NCBI GenBank assembly: GCA_945859975.1
Contig: CAMAPH010000015.1
Span: 1-62,196 of the forward strand
Length of the DNA: 62,196 nt
From: Chthonomonas calidirosea
Lineage (GTDB): Bacteria > Armatimonadota > Fimbriimonadia > Fimbriimonadales > Fimbriimonadaceae
Reading direction: 5' to 3'
Shown here: piece after piece, positions 1 through 9,645 of the stretch
How the letters are laid out: each line of letters opens with the position of its first letter
Position numbering within the stretch: the first letter of the stretch is position 1
The notes under the pieces: model-generated
Told to the model about the DNA's origin: nothing
What the model saw: the letters and a program-made list of their open reading frames with translations, nothing else
Databases searched by the model: none
Position numbers and translations under genes: made by a program

Positions 1-264
1 TGCTACGCCGCTGGCGTGACCACCCACAACTACGTCGCCCCCGCCTTTGGAACCGCGACCAGCAACTTCTACCAAGAGGTTTACAACGTCCAGCAAATCA
101 AGAGCGCCCCGTTCAACCAGTCCCTGCTCAACCGCTTTAAATCCAACGGCCCCATCACGATGCGCGTGATCAACCAAAGCCGCGAATACCCCTTCAATTC
201 CGGCACCCTCCAAATGAGCGGCAGCGTAAAGTGCCGCGTTAAAGTGATCTACACGTACTATTAA
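1..264 (+). CDS. Hypothetical protein, 5'-truncated by the window edge
   Basis: Frame is open from base 1 to TAA at 262-264; beta-rich C-terminus ending VKVIYTYY. Confidence 0.6.
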   Translation, partial: CYAAGVTTHNYVAPAFGTATSNFYQEVYNVQQIKSAPFNQSLLNRFKSNGPITMRVINQSREYPFNSGTLQMSGSVKCRVKVIYTYY

Positions 265-336
265 GGGGATTCCTGCCGAGTGCTCTCCTCGTAATTGTAG
301 AGTTTTAAGAGATGCTAGTAGACTTGACCGATCGGT

Positions 337-1497
337 ATGCTGATAAAACAAATTTCCGTCCGTGGGCTTCTGTCGTTTGGCTCGGACGGCATCACACTTC
401 CGCTGACCGATCTAAATGTGCTCATCGGTCCAAACGGCTCTGGCAAGTCAAATTTTATTGAAATTATATCTCTCTTAAAAGCTAGTTGTCTTAGTTTGCC
501 GGCCCCGATGAAGGAAATGGGTGGCGTTCGCGAGTGGTTTTGGAAAGGTCCATCAAATGAGGAAGCTCAAATCGAAGCTTTGATCTTGAACCGACCCCAT
601 GCTCAAGATCTTCGGCACCGTCTAGTCCTTGGCAGGGATGGCGATCGATTTCAAGTTGCAGACGAACAAGTTGAAAACGAGACTCCATACGGCGGTCAAA
701 GTGTTCCTTACTACTTCTACAATTTTCGTCGTGGTTACCCAATTCTGAAGGCCAATACGGAGGCCGAAGACACTTTCCCCAGAGAGAACATTGTCCCGGA
801 AGAATCTATTTTATCTCAAGTAAAGGACCCCGGAGGACGTTATCCAACGCTCACGCGTGTACAACAGGCCTATGGTTCAATTCGGCTTTTCCGAAATTGG
901 CAATTTGGTCCGTCAGCCCTTCTCAGAAGGGAGCAGCCCACAGACAATCGGAACGACTTTCTAAGCGAAGGTGGAGAGAATCTAGCATTAGTATTGTCAA
1001 AGATAAAGCAGCGGATTAAGCCGGAGCTGCGAACTGCACTTCGGGAACTGTTTAGTGGAATTGATGACATCGATGTAGTCGTCGATAATGGCGCAGTACA
1101 GCTTTTCCTTGAAGAAAACGGTCGAAGTATCCCTTCAACCAGATTATCTGACGGGACGCTTCGATTTTTGTGCCTTCTGGCGATTCTGCTCCATCCTGAT
1201 CCACCTGGCCTTGTTGCCATCGAAGAGCCCGAACTCGGTCTTCACCCTGACATCCTTCCGTACCTTGGAAAGCTAATCAAGAATGCATCTAAGCGGATGC
1301 AACTTGTAATAACAACTCATTCTCAGATCCTTCTGGACGCTTTCTCGGAAAGTCCAGAAGACGTGATCGTATGCAGTCGGGGAGACGGAGAATCGAGGTT
1401 TGAGCGCTTAAGTCAAGCGCGCCTAGCAGACTGGCTTAACGACCACACGCTGGGTGAACTCTGGAATATGGGAGAAATCGGAGGAAATCGCTGGTGA
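337..1497 (+). CDS. AAA/ABC-family ATPase (AAA_21/COG4637-like)
   Basis: Walker A GPNGSGKS, signature LSDGT, Walker B/D-loop IEEPELGLHP, H-loop ITTHS, C-terminal LGELW..G.IGG. Confidence 0.9.
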   Translation: MLIKQISVRGLLSFGSDGITLPLTDLNVLIGPNGSGKSNFIEIISLLKASCLSLPAPMKEMGGVREWFWKGPSNEEAQIEALILNRPHAQDLRHRLVLGRDGDRFQVADEQVENETPYGGQSVPYYFYNFRRGYPILKANTEAEDTFPRENIVPEESILSQVKDPGGRYPTLTRVQQAYGSIRLFRNWQFGPSALLRREQPTDNRNDFLSEGGENLALVLSKIKQRIKPELRTALRELFSGIDDIDVVVDNGAVQLFLEENGRSIPSTRLSDGTLRFLCLLAILLHPDPPGLVAIEEPELGLHPDILPYLGKLIKNASKRMQLVITTHSQILLDAFSESPEDVIVCSRGDGESRFERLSQARLADWLNDHTLGELWNMGEIGGNRW

Positions 1498-2117
1498 AAA
1501 ACGTTAAGGTCTACGTTGAAGGTGCGACCCGAGGTAAGAGAAAGAACAAGTCTGTCAATATTGAGTTTCGCAAAGCTTTTCATTTACTAAGCGAGAAGGT
1601 TGGAGTAGCCCACGTTCCGGAGTATGTGCCGTGCGGTGGTCGAAGTCAGACTTGGGATCTTGCTTGGGACCGTTTTCTCAAACGCGAACAGGACGAAATC
1701 ATTTTTCTTCTCGTTGACAGCGAAACTCGAACGAACTTCGGACCGAAGGACGCTTGGAAATTCCTGGCAAGTCAACCGTTGGAGCCGTGGACAGAGTTAG
1801 ACCAACGCAACGCACGTTACGTGTTCCTTATGGTCGTGATGATGGAGACTTGGTTGCTCGCTGACCCGGACGCACTGGCCCGTTACTTCGGAGATGGTTT
1901 CCGCTCGAATCAAATTCCAAGCTGGCCAAAACTTGAGGAGATCGAAAAGGACTCCATCCTTGAGACCCTGTCTAACGCGACCCAAGAATGCCGAAAGCGT
2001 TACAAAAAGGGCGAGAGGTCCTTCGAAGCGCTTGCCGAAGCCGATCCCAACGTCATCGCCCGAAAGTGCCCTCACGCGGCTTACTTTTTTCAACGACTAG
2101 TAGAAGAGTGCACTTAA
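1494..2117 (+). CDS. DUF4276-like (TOPRIM-related) protein
   Basis: N-terminal VYVEG, LLVDSE, METWLLADPDAL, C-terminal IARKCPH; GTGA overlap with the ATPase stop. Confidence 0.75.
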   Translation: MKNVKVYVEGATRGKRKNKSVNIEFRKAFHLLSEKVGVAHVPEYVPCGGRSQTWDLAWDRFLKREQDEIIFLLVDSETRTNFGPKDAWKFLASQPLEPWTELDQRNARYVFLMVVMMETWLLADPDALARYFGDGFRSNQIPSWPKLEEIEKDSILETLSNATQECRKRYKKGERSFEALAEADPNVIARKCPHAAYFFQRLVEECT

Positions 2118-2132
2118 CCCAAAGCGGCTTAA

Positions 2133-3221
2133 CTACGCCTTTGCCGGAGCTTCGCTCAGGCGCGTCAAGTCCCGCCGCGTCATCGCGATGATTGAGCTCT
2201 GCTGGGCGACCTGACCCGCGATGTGACGGAAACCTTCTGCCTGTTCCGTGTGCGGATGCGTGATCATGCTCGGAACACCGGCATCCCCGGCCTTGCTTAT
2301 CCGCGGGTCGAAGGGAATCCGACCCAGGAATGGCACCTTAAGCACCTTCGCTAGCTCGTCGCCATCGGTCCCGTGGAACATCCGGACTTCCTTGCCGGTG
2401 TCCTCATCGATGTATGGCCCCATGTTTTCGACCACGCCCAAAATCGGCGAGTTCAATCGCTGGAACAACTGGACCGCCTTTCCGGCAATGTTAGCCGCCA
2501 CGTTGTGCGGAGTCGAGACAATCAGAACCCCGGTCAAAGGCACCAACTGCGCCAGCGACATCGGCGCGTCTCCCGTTCCCGGCGGCAAGTCGACCAGCAA
2601 GTAGTCCAACGTGCCCCAATCAACATCTGCCAAAAGTTGCTTCACCGTGCCCGCGACCATCGGCCCGCGCCAAAGAACCGCTTGGCCCTCTTCGAGCAAG
2701 AATCCAAGCGACATCAATTGAACGCCAAACCGCTGAATCGGAATGATCTTGTTGCCCTTGGTATAAGGCCGCTCGTCCTGCGCGCCCATCATGAGCGGGA
2801 TACATGGACCATATACGTCGGCATCCATCAGCCCAACGCGCGCGCCGGTCTCAGCTAGGGCGATCGCCAAATTCACGGTGACTGTGCTCTTGCCTACGCC
2901 GCCCTTGCCCGAAGCCACCGCAATGATGTGCTTCACATCTGGCACCAGATCGCCTTCTTGAATCTGCCGCGCCCGAACTCGCGCGGTCATCGTCACTTGA
3001 ACGGAAGTAACGCCGGGCAAAGCCGAAACGGCCGCTTCACACTGCGCCTGTAACTCTTCCTTCACGGGACAAGCAGGCGTGGTGAGCTCAACGGTAAAAG
3101 CGACGCTGGATTCGGAAATGACAACGTCTTTCACGAATCCAAGCGTCACGATGTCGCGCCGGAGGTCGGGGTCCTGTACGGTCTTTAGTGCGTTCAGAAC
3201 CTCGGCTTCGGTGATGGTCAT
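2133..3221 (-). CDS. mrp: Mrp/ApbC Fe-S cluster carrier ATPase
   Basis: N-terminal DUF59 (DPDL..DIV.LG, TTPACP), SGKGGVGKST, DADVYGP, WRGPM, DLPPGTGD. Confidence 0.95.
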   Translation of the reverse strand: MTITEAEVLNALKTVQDPDLRRDIVTLGFVKDVVISESSVAFTVELTTPACPVKEELQAQCEAAVSALPGVTSVQVTMTARVRARQIQEGDLVPDVKHIIAVASGKGGVGKSTVTVNLAIALAETGARVGLMDADVYGPCIPLMMGAQDERPYTKGNKIIPIQRFGVQLMSLGFLLEEGQAVLWRGPMVAGTVKQLLADVDWGTLDYLLVDLPPGTGDAPMSLAQLVPLTGVLIVSTPHNVAANIAGKAVQLFQRLNSPILGVVENMGPYIDEDTGKEVRMFHGTDGDELAKVLKVPFLGRIPFDPRISKAGDAGVPSMITHPHTEQAEGFRHIAGQVAQQSSIIAMTRRDLTRLSEAPAKA

Positions 3222-3293
3222 AACAGGATGGTACCTACGCCAATCGGGGACGGGTCGTCGGCGTAGGCCCTATCACTGCAACCAAACGAGACC

Positions 3294-3854
3294 TCAACCA
3301 AGCGCCGGCGTCAGCTCTTTCTTGAGCATCGCCCTGGCTCGGAACAGCCAACTCTTCACGGTGCCTTCGGGTTTGTCCAACCGGTCCGCAATCTCGTTGA
3401 CCTCCATGTGATTGAAGTGCCGCATCTTGATGATCTGCCGGTAATGCTCCGGAAGCTTCTCAATCGCGTCGGTCACCTGTTCGTGCTGAACGGCTTCGGT
3501 AGCCGCTCCGTCCACGTCCAAGCGATGGTCCGCGAGCAAGTGCTCAAACATTTCCAAAGGCTCGCCCTCTCGACGTCGGCTTCGAATGCTGTCGATGCAG
3601 CAGTTGCTGCAGATTCGGCAGAGCCAGGGTCGCAATGGGCGGTTTGGATCAAAGTCTTTGATCGCTCGGAAAGCCTTCACAAAGGTTTCCTGAACGACGT
3701 CGTGCGCATCATCCGTGTTCCGGAGTTGTCGCATCGCGAGTGAGTTCAAAGATGGACGGTGTAAGTCCATCAGTAGCTCGAAGGCAACTGTATCTCCCTC
3801 AGTTGCACGCAACGTTAAATGCTGTTCCCACGTCAGTACGCGGTTGGTATTCAT
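3294..3854 (-). CDS. ECF sigma-70 factor
   Basis: Region 2 DAHDVVQETFVKAF..WL.RI; region 4 EIA..L..PEGTVKSWLFRAR. Confidence 0.9.
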   Translation of the reverse strand: MNTNRVLTWEQHLTLRATEGDTVAFELLMDLHRPSLNSLAMRQLRNTDDAHDVVQETFVKAFRAIKDFDPNRPLRPWLCRICSNCCIDSIRSRRREGEPLEMFEHLLADHRLDVDGAATEAVQHEQVTDAIEKLPEHYRQIIKMRHFNHMEVNEIADRLDKPEGTVKSWLFRARAMLKKELTPALG

Positions 3855-3924
3855 CTGTTTTCGGGTTGTTTCCTCGTCCCCTACAAGAAATAGTGTAGGG
3901 CATAGGAGACCCCCAAAACATGAA

Positions 3925-3952
3925 ACCGGGACGATATGACTATCGCCCCGGT
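3925..3952 (-). terminator. Probable intrinsic terminator after the anti-sigma gene
   Basis: Hairpin ACCGGGGCGATA-gtca-TATCGTCCCGGT followed by TTCATGTTTT on the minus strand. Confidence 0.5.
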
Positions 3953-3980
3953 CTGTCGCACTTAAGCGCAGGAATTCGCC

Positions 3981-4817
3981 TTATCTTCCGGTAATGCAAA
4001 TGAAGTTGCCGTCTCGCTGGTCAACCGAGACAGGCTGCGACTTCAAAGCCGCCGTCGCACACTGGTAAGCATCTGTTTCGGACAGATTCCAATTGATCGG
4101 GAGTTCCACGCTCGGCGCGGTCACTCGAACCGGCACTCGGTAGTGATCGGCCAAAGCTTTCGCGAAGTCGGCCAAATTGCCCGTGCCCTCACTCGCCTCT
4201 CGCGTCGTGGATCCCGGAATGTAGACCCGCTCCGGAACTTCCGAACCTTCAACCTGAATCACAAACTCCGCGGCGAACGCGTTGCTGTTGCTGAGCGGAG
4301 AGATCACAGAACCGTTTTCTGGCGTGATTCGGCGCTTGTCAACCATCAGCGCTCGGTTGTCCGAAGTGTTGTAGGTCACAACGACCTTGTCGTTCGTGTA
4401 GGCGAAGGTCAGCTCGTTCTTCGGCTTAACTGGCTTCGCGCCAAAGTTAAACAAATCTCCGGTGGCTACCGATCCGCCCTTAGAAAGCACTCCCGCCGCC
4501 GCACCAAAAAGAACTGCTCCAGCAACCCCTGCCAAGGCAAGGTTTCGGAACCAGCCGAGCCATGCCGGGACAGACGCCGTTCGCTTTTCCTGCGCTGCTT
4601 CCAACCGCGTTGCGATCCGGTCACTCAAATAGATCGGAATCTCAATTTCTTCGTTTGGCAACTCCGCAAGCGTGGTCATCATCAGCGCGAACTCTTCGTA
4701 TTCCGCCTGAATCTGTGGATTGGACTTCAGCGCCTGCTCGAAGCTCTGTCGAAGGCCAGCCTCGAGCTTGCCCTCAAAGTAGTCGCTGAAAAAATCTCTC
4801 GCTTTGGAAACGTTCAT
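3981..4817 (-). CDS. Putative transmembrane anti-sigma factor
   Basis: Follows an ECF sigma gene; zf-HC2-like N-terminus without Cys/His (FSDYFEGKL), one TM helix, extracytoplasmic C-terminal domain. Confidence 0.7.
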   Translation of the reverse strand: MNVSKARDFFSDYFEGKLEAGLRQSFEQALKSNPQIQAEYEEFALMMTTLAELPNEEIEIPIYLSDRIATRLEAAQEKRTASVPAWLGWFRNLALAGVAGAVLFGAAAGVLSKGGSVATGDLFNFGAKPVKPKNELTFAYTNDKVVVTYNTSDNRALMVDKRRITPENGSVISPLSNSNAFAAEFVIQVEGSEVPERVYIPGSTTREASEGTGNLADFAKALADHYRVPVRVTAPSVELPINWNLSETDAYQCATAALKSQPVSVDQRDGNFICITGR

Positions 4818-4853
4818 AACATCAAATGGAAAATTTACGTATTCTGTGACTCT

Positions 4854-5447
4854 CTACATCCGGAAAAGTTCCTCGTCTCTGGCCAGCAACTCTCGCAAAC
4901 TCACCCGTGCACGGTTCAAACGGCTCTTAACCGTCCCAATCGGTAGGTCTAAAGCCTCGGAAATCTCTTCATAGCTCAGCTGCTCGGCGTGATACATCAT
5001 GATCATCGCCTGCTGGTACTCCGGCAACTTCTTGAGGGCTTGCTCAATCCGCTGACCCCGCTCGCCGCGTTCCAAGCTGTCGTGAGGGGTCCCTTTCGGG
5101 TCCTCGTACTGACGCTCCATTTCGCCTTCGTCGGTCTGAACCCCGGCATCCAACGGCAACGTCTGGCGACGCGCTTCCCGCTTCCGTAAATCCAAGAAGC
5201 AGTTGGTGAGGATTCGGTACAGCCAAGTTGTGAACTGGCTGTTCCCCTTAAAGTTGGGCAGTGCGTTGAACACGCGGACAAACGCCTCGGCAACCACGTC
5301 CGACGCCTCTTCCGGGTTCCTGGTCAAGCGAAACGCAAATTGGTAAGCCCGAACCTCATACTTGCGCACCAACTCGTTCAGCGCGCTCTTGTCGCCATGC
5401 TGCGCTCGCTCAATGAGCATCAGGTCTTCGGAGGTTCTTTCGCTCAT
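4854..5447 (-). CDS. ECF sigma-70 factor (RpoE/SigW-like)
   Basis: EASDVVAEAF, FTTWLYRI, LSYEEISEALDLPIGTVKSRLNRAR. Confidence 0.92.
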   Translation of the reverse strand: MSERTSEDLMLIERAQHGDKSALNELVRKYEVRAYQFAFRLTRNPEEASDVVAEAFVRVFNALPNFKGNSQFTTWLYRILTNCFLDLRKREARRQTLPLDAGVQTDEGEMERQYEDPKGTPHDSLERGERGQRIEQALKKLPEYQQAMIMMYHAEQLSYEEISEALDLPIGTVKSRLNRARVSLRELLARDEELFRM

Positions 5448-5454
5448 GGTGAAA

Positions 5455-5973
5455 TTAGGAGAGGATCGTTTTCGGCGCTTCGCTCGTGGCTTCCTTTATC
5501 GCGCGCTCTTCCTCTTGCGACAGTGATCGCTCAGAGCTTAGCTTCAGAAGAGGCTTTGCGTAAACGCGACAATCCATCCGTCCAACAATCGAAGTCACCA
5601 ATGCACCGTTCCCGAGGTCGTCGTACAACGCCATCGCAAAGCTTTGACTGCCTCCAACGTCTTCGAACGCATCGTATTTTACGAGGCCCAAATGCCGCTT
5701 GGAAGTTCGCATTTTCGCCTCTAAATCAACGATCCGCAGTTCAAGCCCCCGAACGTGCTCTTGCAAATCGCGCCGCTCTTCCATATGTTCGGTCAAAAGC
5801 TCTTCAAGGTTCACTCCGCTCGGCGCTTTTAGGAGTTCGCGAAACTTTTTCGACATGGCGCCGATTCGAACTGTCGCAGTGATTCCAACAATCGTTCCGA
5901 TTACTGCGAACAGGATCGCCATTCCCGCCACTTGACCGGCAGGTTGCGATAGAATCTCATTCAGATCAAGCAT
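5455..5973 (-). CDS. DUF4446-like membrane-anchored protein
   Basis: N-terminal TM helix; GLVKYDAFEDVGG.QSF, YAKP, LSQEE motifs. Confidence 0.8.
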   Translation of the reverse strand: MLDLNEILSQPAGQVAGMAILFAVIGTIVGITATVRIGAMSKKFRELLKAPSGVNLEELLTEHMEERRDLQEHVRGLELRIVDLEAKMRTSKRHLGLVKYDAFEDVGGSQSFAMALYDDLGNGALVTSIVGRMDCRVYAKPLLKLSSERSLSQEEERAIKEATSEAPKTILS

Positions 5974-6093
5974 GGATGATGCGCCATCGTCCGGCGAACG
6001 TTCAGTATATCGGACGACTCAGATTTGAGGGAAAATCCCTTCCTTTCCCTTGGAGCACAGGAGAAAGTTGTCGTAGCATCAATGGAGACACAC

Positions 6094-6540
6094 ATGGAAA
6101 TGCCGAAGAAACGTTCTATCACCGGTTTTGGGGTCTTCCTCATTTTCATGCTCGTGATCGTGCTCTGGCTCTACGGCAACGTCAAAATCGTCGTTATCCA
6201 AGGCACGAGCATGGTCCCCACCTTTCAACCGGGGCGCAGACTCGTAGTCACCGACGCCTACTGGCTCTTCGGAAAAATCCAGCCCGATGACATCGTCGTC
6301 GTGAAAGAGTTCATCAAAAAGGAAGGCGGCTACTTTATCAAGCGCGTCAAGTTTGTGGAAGGCGAGAAAGTTGAACGCGCCTACTGGCCAAAGGCTTATC
6401 CCATCAAAAGCCCGGACTACACCGTCCCGAACGACATGTTCTTTCTGCTGGGCGACAATCGCGACTACAGCGAAGACAGCCGTTCCTTCGGGCCGATCAA
6501 GGAAGATCTTGTGATCGGCAAGGTGCTGGTGTGGCGATAA
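6094..6540 (+). CDS. lepB: Signal peptidase I
   Basis: GTSMVPT catalytic Ser, IKRV Lys, GDNRDYSEDSRSFG; start placed at the ATG after GGAG. Confidence 0.92.
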   Translation: MEMPKKRSITGFGVFLIFMLVIVLWLYGNVKIVVIQGTSMVPTFQPGRRLVVTDAYWLFGKIQPDDIVVVKEFIKKEGGYFIKRVKFVEGEKVERAYWPKAYPIKSPDYTVPNDMFFLLGDNRDYSEDSRSFGPIKEDLVIGKVLVWR

Positions 6541-7013
6541 AACGCTTCCCATGCGGACAATACGGAAGACAGAAGCTCCAGTTCTTTGCGGCCCCCTATC
6601 GCCCACCGATCCGGGCTTTTGCCGCGCTCGTCTTCCCCTGGCAAGACGGCAAGGTACTCGTCTGCGACATCGCCGATCGCGGCTGGAGCATCCCGTCCGG
6701 ACGTGTTGAGCCGTTTGAATCTGCCATCGATGCCGCCCGAAGGGAAGCCGTCGAAGAAGCAGGAGCCATGCTCGCTGACCTTCAGTACATCGGCTGTTAT
6801 CACATCAGCGAGCGCCAAGAAGTGCGCTGGGCCGAGTGTTTCGTCGCCCGCGTCGATGGTCTAGTCGACATCGTCATGCAGCAAGAATCGCTCGGCCGAC
6901 GCCTCTGCACCCTGGAAGAACTCGCAGGGATCTATCACCTGTGGAATGACCTCACCGAGCAGGTCTTCCTTCATTCCCGAGAAATCCTCGAGCGCCGAAA
7001 CCGCTGCGGCTAG
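6531..7013 (+). CDS. NUDIX hydrolase
   Basis: Nudix box SGRVEPFESAIDAARREAVEEAG. Confidence 0.85.
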   Translation: MAIKRFPCGQYGRQKLQFFAAPYRPPIRAFAALVFPWQDGKVLVCDIADRGWSIPSGRVEPFESAIDAARREAVEEAGAMLADLQYIGCYHISERQEVRWAECFVARVDGLVDIVMQQESLGRRLCTLEELAGIYHLWNDLTEQVFLHSREILERRNRCG

Positions 7014-7759
7014 AGGTTAATCTTGGTGAGAGCCGGAAACTCCTTCGGCGACTTTTCGATCTTCGTCTTTGCGTTCCGGATTCGATTACCGTCATCCGGG
7101 TGCGAACTCAGAAACTCCGGTGGCTTGCCACCCTTTGAACTTTGTTTGAGCGTCTCGAACAGCAACACCATTCCGTCTGGGTTGTAGTTCGCCGCGACCA
7201 GCATGTCAAATCCCATCGAGTCCGCCTGATTCTCGTGCTGCCGCGAGTATTTCAATGAGTAGAAAGTGGCCAGCAGGTCGGTCGCATTGAGCACGTCTCG
7301 ACGACCTCCAAAGAGGCTCAAGCCGAGGAGAAGCACGTTCGCCTTGTTGGCGTCTCGCTGCGAATAAGCCCAGTGCTCCCGACGAACGTGCGTGATTTCG
7401 TGGGCCATAACCGCGGCCAACTCATCTTCGTACTTAAATTTCTCTAGCAGTCCGGTGTAGAAGAAAACCGGGCCGCCAGGGAGTGCAAAGGCGTTGACCT
7501 CCTTTGACTCAATCACGTCAAAGCTGTATTCCCACGGCTGCTCTTTCTCGCTGAAGGTGCTCAGAATCCGTCGCCCCACCCGCTTCACGAGCTGCACCCT
7601 TGGATCAGAATCGGGGAGAACTTTTTCCTTCTTCCGAACTTCTGCCGCCGCTTGCTTGCCGAGCTTCATTTGCTCCGCCTTGGAGGGTTTGAACATATCC
7701 GCCGATGCGCTTGCAGAAAGTGCAACGCTAAGAACAACTGCGGACATAACCGGCTTCAT
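7010..7759 (-). CDS. M48 family metallopeptidase, secreted
   Basis: Signal peptide; VNAFALPGG, HEITH, YSRQHENQAD, FLSSHP. Confidence 0.92.
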   Translation of the reverse strand: MKPVMSAVVLSVALSASASADMFKPSKAEQMKLGKQAAAEVRKKEKVLPDSDPRVQLVKRVGRRILSTFSEKEQPWEYSFDVIESKEVNAFALPGGPVFFYTGLLEKFKYEDELAAVMAHEITHVRREHWAYSQRDANKANVLLLGLSLFGGRRDVLNATDLLATFYSLKYSRQHENQADSMGFDMLVAANYNPDGMVLLFETLKQSSKGGKPPEFLSSHPDDGNRIRNAKTKIEKSPKEFPALTKINL

Positions 7760-7845
7760 CCTTCTTTAGACGCGCAATTCAGGAAACCGGTTGCCACAAC
7801 GGGCACTAGGACTCCTTTCTGATTCCGATTCGGTTCTGTTACTAT

Positions 7846-8985
7846 GTGGCGAGCTCATTTGCCATGTCCGAATCCAAGCCCATTCAAACCTCCAGAAGCG
7901 AGTTCTTGGATCGGATCCGCGCATTTCTCACGATCCTGGTTGTTCTGCATCATTCGGTGATCATGTTCGGCGGCCCTGGCGGCTGGTACTTCCGGTACGA
8001 AACGCCGGAAGGCTTCGAAGAGATTCTCTTCGCCACGATTTGTTCGGTCAATCAAGCCTTCTTCATGGGCTTCTTCTTCCTCCTCGCGGGTTACTTCACT
8101 CCGAAGTCGTTGGAGCGAAAGGGCATCGTCGCGTTCGTTGGCGATCGGTTACTGCGGCTTGGAGTACCGATCCTGATCTACGGTTTTCTGCTCGGACCGC
8201 TGACCATTGCCCTCGCCGGCACTGCGGACGGCGAGAACTTCACGTCCAACCTTCGCGACCGACTGGCCCGGGCCAGTTTCAACATCGGCCCGCTTTGGTT
8301 CGCAGAAGCTCTGCTGATCTTTTCGGCTTGCCTTATCGCCTTGCATTTGGCCGGCTTCCGAGCTCAGCCGGATTCCCAAACCCCAACCGATAAAACACTT
8401 TGGATTTCTGCACTGTTAACTGGACTCGCCGCCATCCTGATTCGCCTTGCGGTACCCGTCGGTGCCGAAGTCTGGAACATGCAGCTCGGCTATTTCGCTT
8501 CGTACATCGTGCTGTTCTTTACCGGGTGCTATCTCGCGAAGACCAAATTCTTGGAGGAAGTCCCGGCCGCTTTAGCCGGTCGCTGGGCCTGGATCGCCTT
8601 TGGCGTGACCCCGACGTTCTTCATTTACGCGTTGGTGAGTGGGGCACTAACGGGCGGCAAGTTTGATACCACTGGCGGCTGGAACGGCCCATCCATCGCC
8701 TACGCTCTCTGGGAGCCCGTGATCGCCTGGGGAATCATCTTGTGGATGCTCTATTGGTTCCGAGAAAGCAAGCGCCCTTCAAAGCTCCTCTCGACCGTTG
8801 CCCCAAAAGCGTTTGGAATCTTCATCCTCCATCCGCCTGCGGTGGTTGGCATTGGGCTACTCGTGCATTCGCTTAAGTTGCCAGCATCGGTAAGCGCGTT
8901 CCTGGTAACCGCCCTTGCCTTGGCTCTTTGTTACGCCGTTACTTCGGCGCTACTTCTCATCCCGGGCTCTAAGAGGATTCTTTAG
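7846..8985 (+). CDS. Acyltransferase-3 family membrane protein
   Basis: FLDRIRA...VVLHH, FFMGFFFLLAGYF, RLLRLGVP, GPLWF; multiple TM segments. Confidence 0.88.
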   Translation: MASSFAMSESKPIQTSRSEFLDRIRAFLTILVVLHHSVIMFGGPGGWYFRYETPEGFEEILFATICSVNQAFFMGFFFLLAGYFTPKSLERKGIVAFVGDRLLRLGVPILIYGFLLGPLTIALAGTADGENFTSNLRDRLARASFNIGPLWFAEALLIFSACLIALHLAGFRAQPDSQTPTDKTLWISALLTGLAAILIRLAVPVGAEVWNMQLGYFASYIVLFFTGCYLAKTKFLEEVPAALAGRWAWIAFGVTPTFFIYALVSGALTGGKFDTTGGWNGPSIAYALWEPVIAWGIILWMLYWFRESKRPSKLLSTVAPKAFGIFILHPPAVVGIGLLVHSLKLPASVSAFLVTALALALCYAVTSALLLIPGSKRIL

Positions 8986-9596
8986 AAAATCCTGCGGTAC
9001 AGCTTGATCGTGTACAGCGCTCCGGGCGGCAGGGAAGTCTTGAAAGCGGCCTCCGATTCCCAAGCGGCCAAACCGATGACTTCATCCGACAGCGTGTCAT
9101 TTCGGCCAACCTCTGCCCCAAGGTAGCCCGGCAGCATCGCGAGCTCGTCGAAGATTCGATCCAGCTCATCGACCAGTTCGTCGCCGTACCCTGGGTCGGA
9201 GTGCCGTACGCTCTTCGACAGGTACTGCCCAACCTTAGCGGAGAAAATTCCAGACCGCTTCTTGTGAATCACGGAAACTCGCGTAACATCCGCCGGGCCG
9301 CTCGAAATCACCGTCGCTTCGGTAAGCAGTTTCTTCGAAGCAACGAGCTCGAGCCCTTCCTCCGCTGCAGCAAGGCTCGCGTAGGCATAGGTTACGAGGT
9401 GCTCGGTTGGCTGATCAGAGTCTCGCCAGAGCCCAACTCCCATGTAACCAGGAACCTTTTGCAGAGCCGGGTCAATCGTCTGGTAGTAGCGCAAGGCTGA
9501 GCTCCAGTCATTCTCTACCAACGGCATCTGAGCGAGCACGAGGATCGGGTTCACCGTTTGATTTTGACGGAAACTGCGTAAACAAAGTAGTCCCAC
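8982..9596 (-). CDS. Tandem ABM-like (dimeric alpha-beta barrel) protein
   Basis: Two repeats with (V/L)PGY(M/L)G and WESEAAF; true start may be a downstream GTG/ATG. Confidence 0.6.
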   Translation of the reverse strand: MGLLCLRSFRQNQTVNPILVLAQMPLVENDWSSALRYYQTIDPALQKVPGYMGVGLWRDSDQPTEHLVTYAYASLAAAEEGLELVASKKLLTEATVISSGPADVTRVSVIHKKRSGIFSAKVGQYLSKSVRHSDPGYGDELVDELDRIFDELAMLPGYLGAEVGRNDTLSDEVIGLAAWESEAAFKTSLPPGALYTIKLYRRIF

Positions 9597-9645
9597 CGGC
9601 CCAGCGAGCGTTGACTTTCAGATTTCCTCACGTAACATCCCCGTT

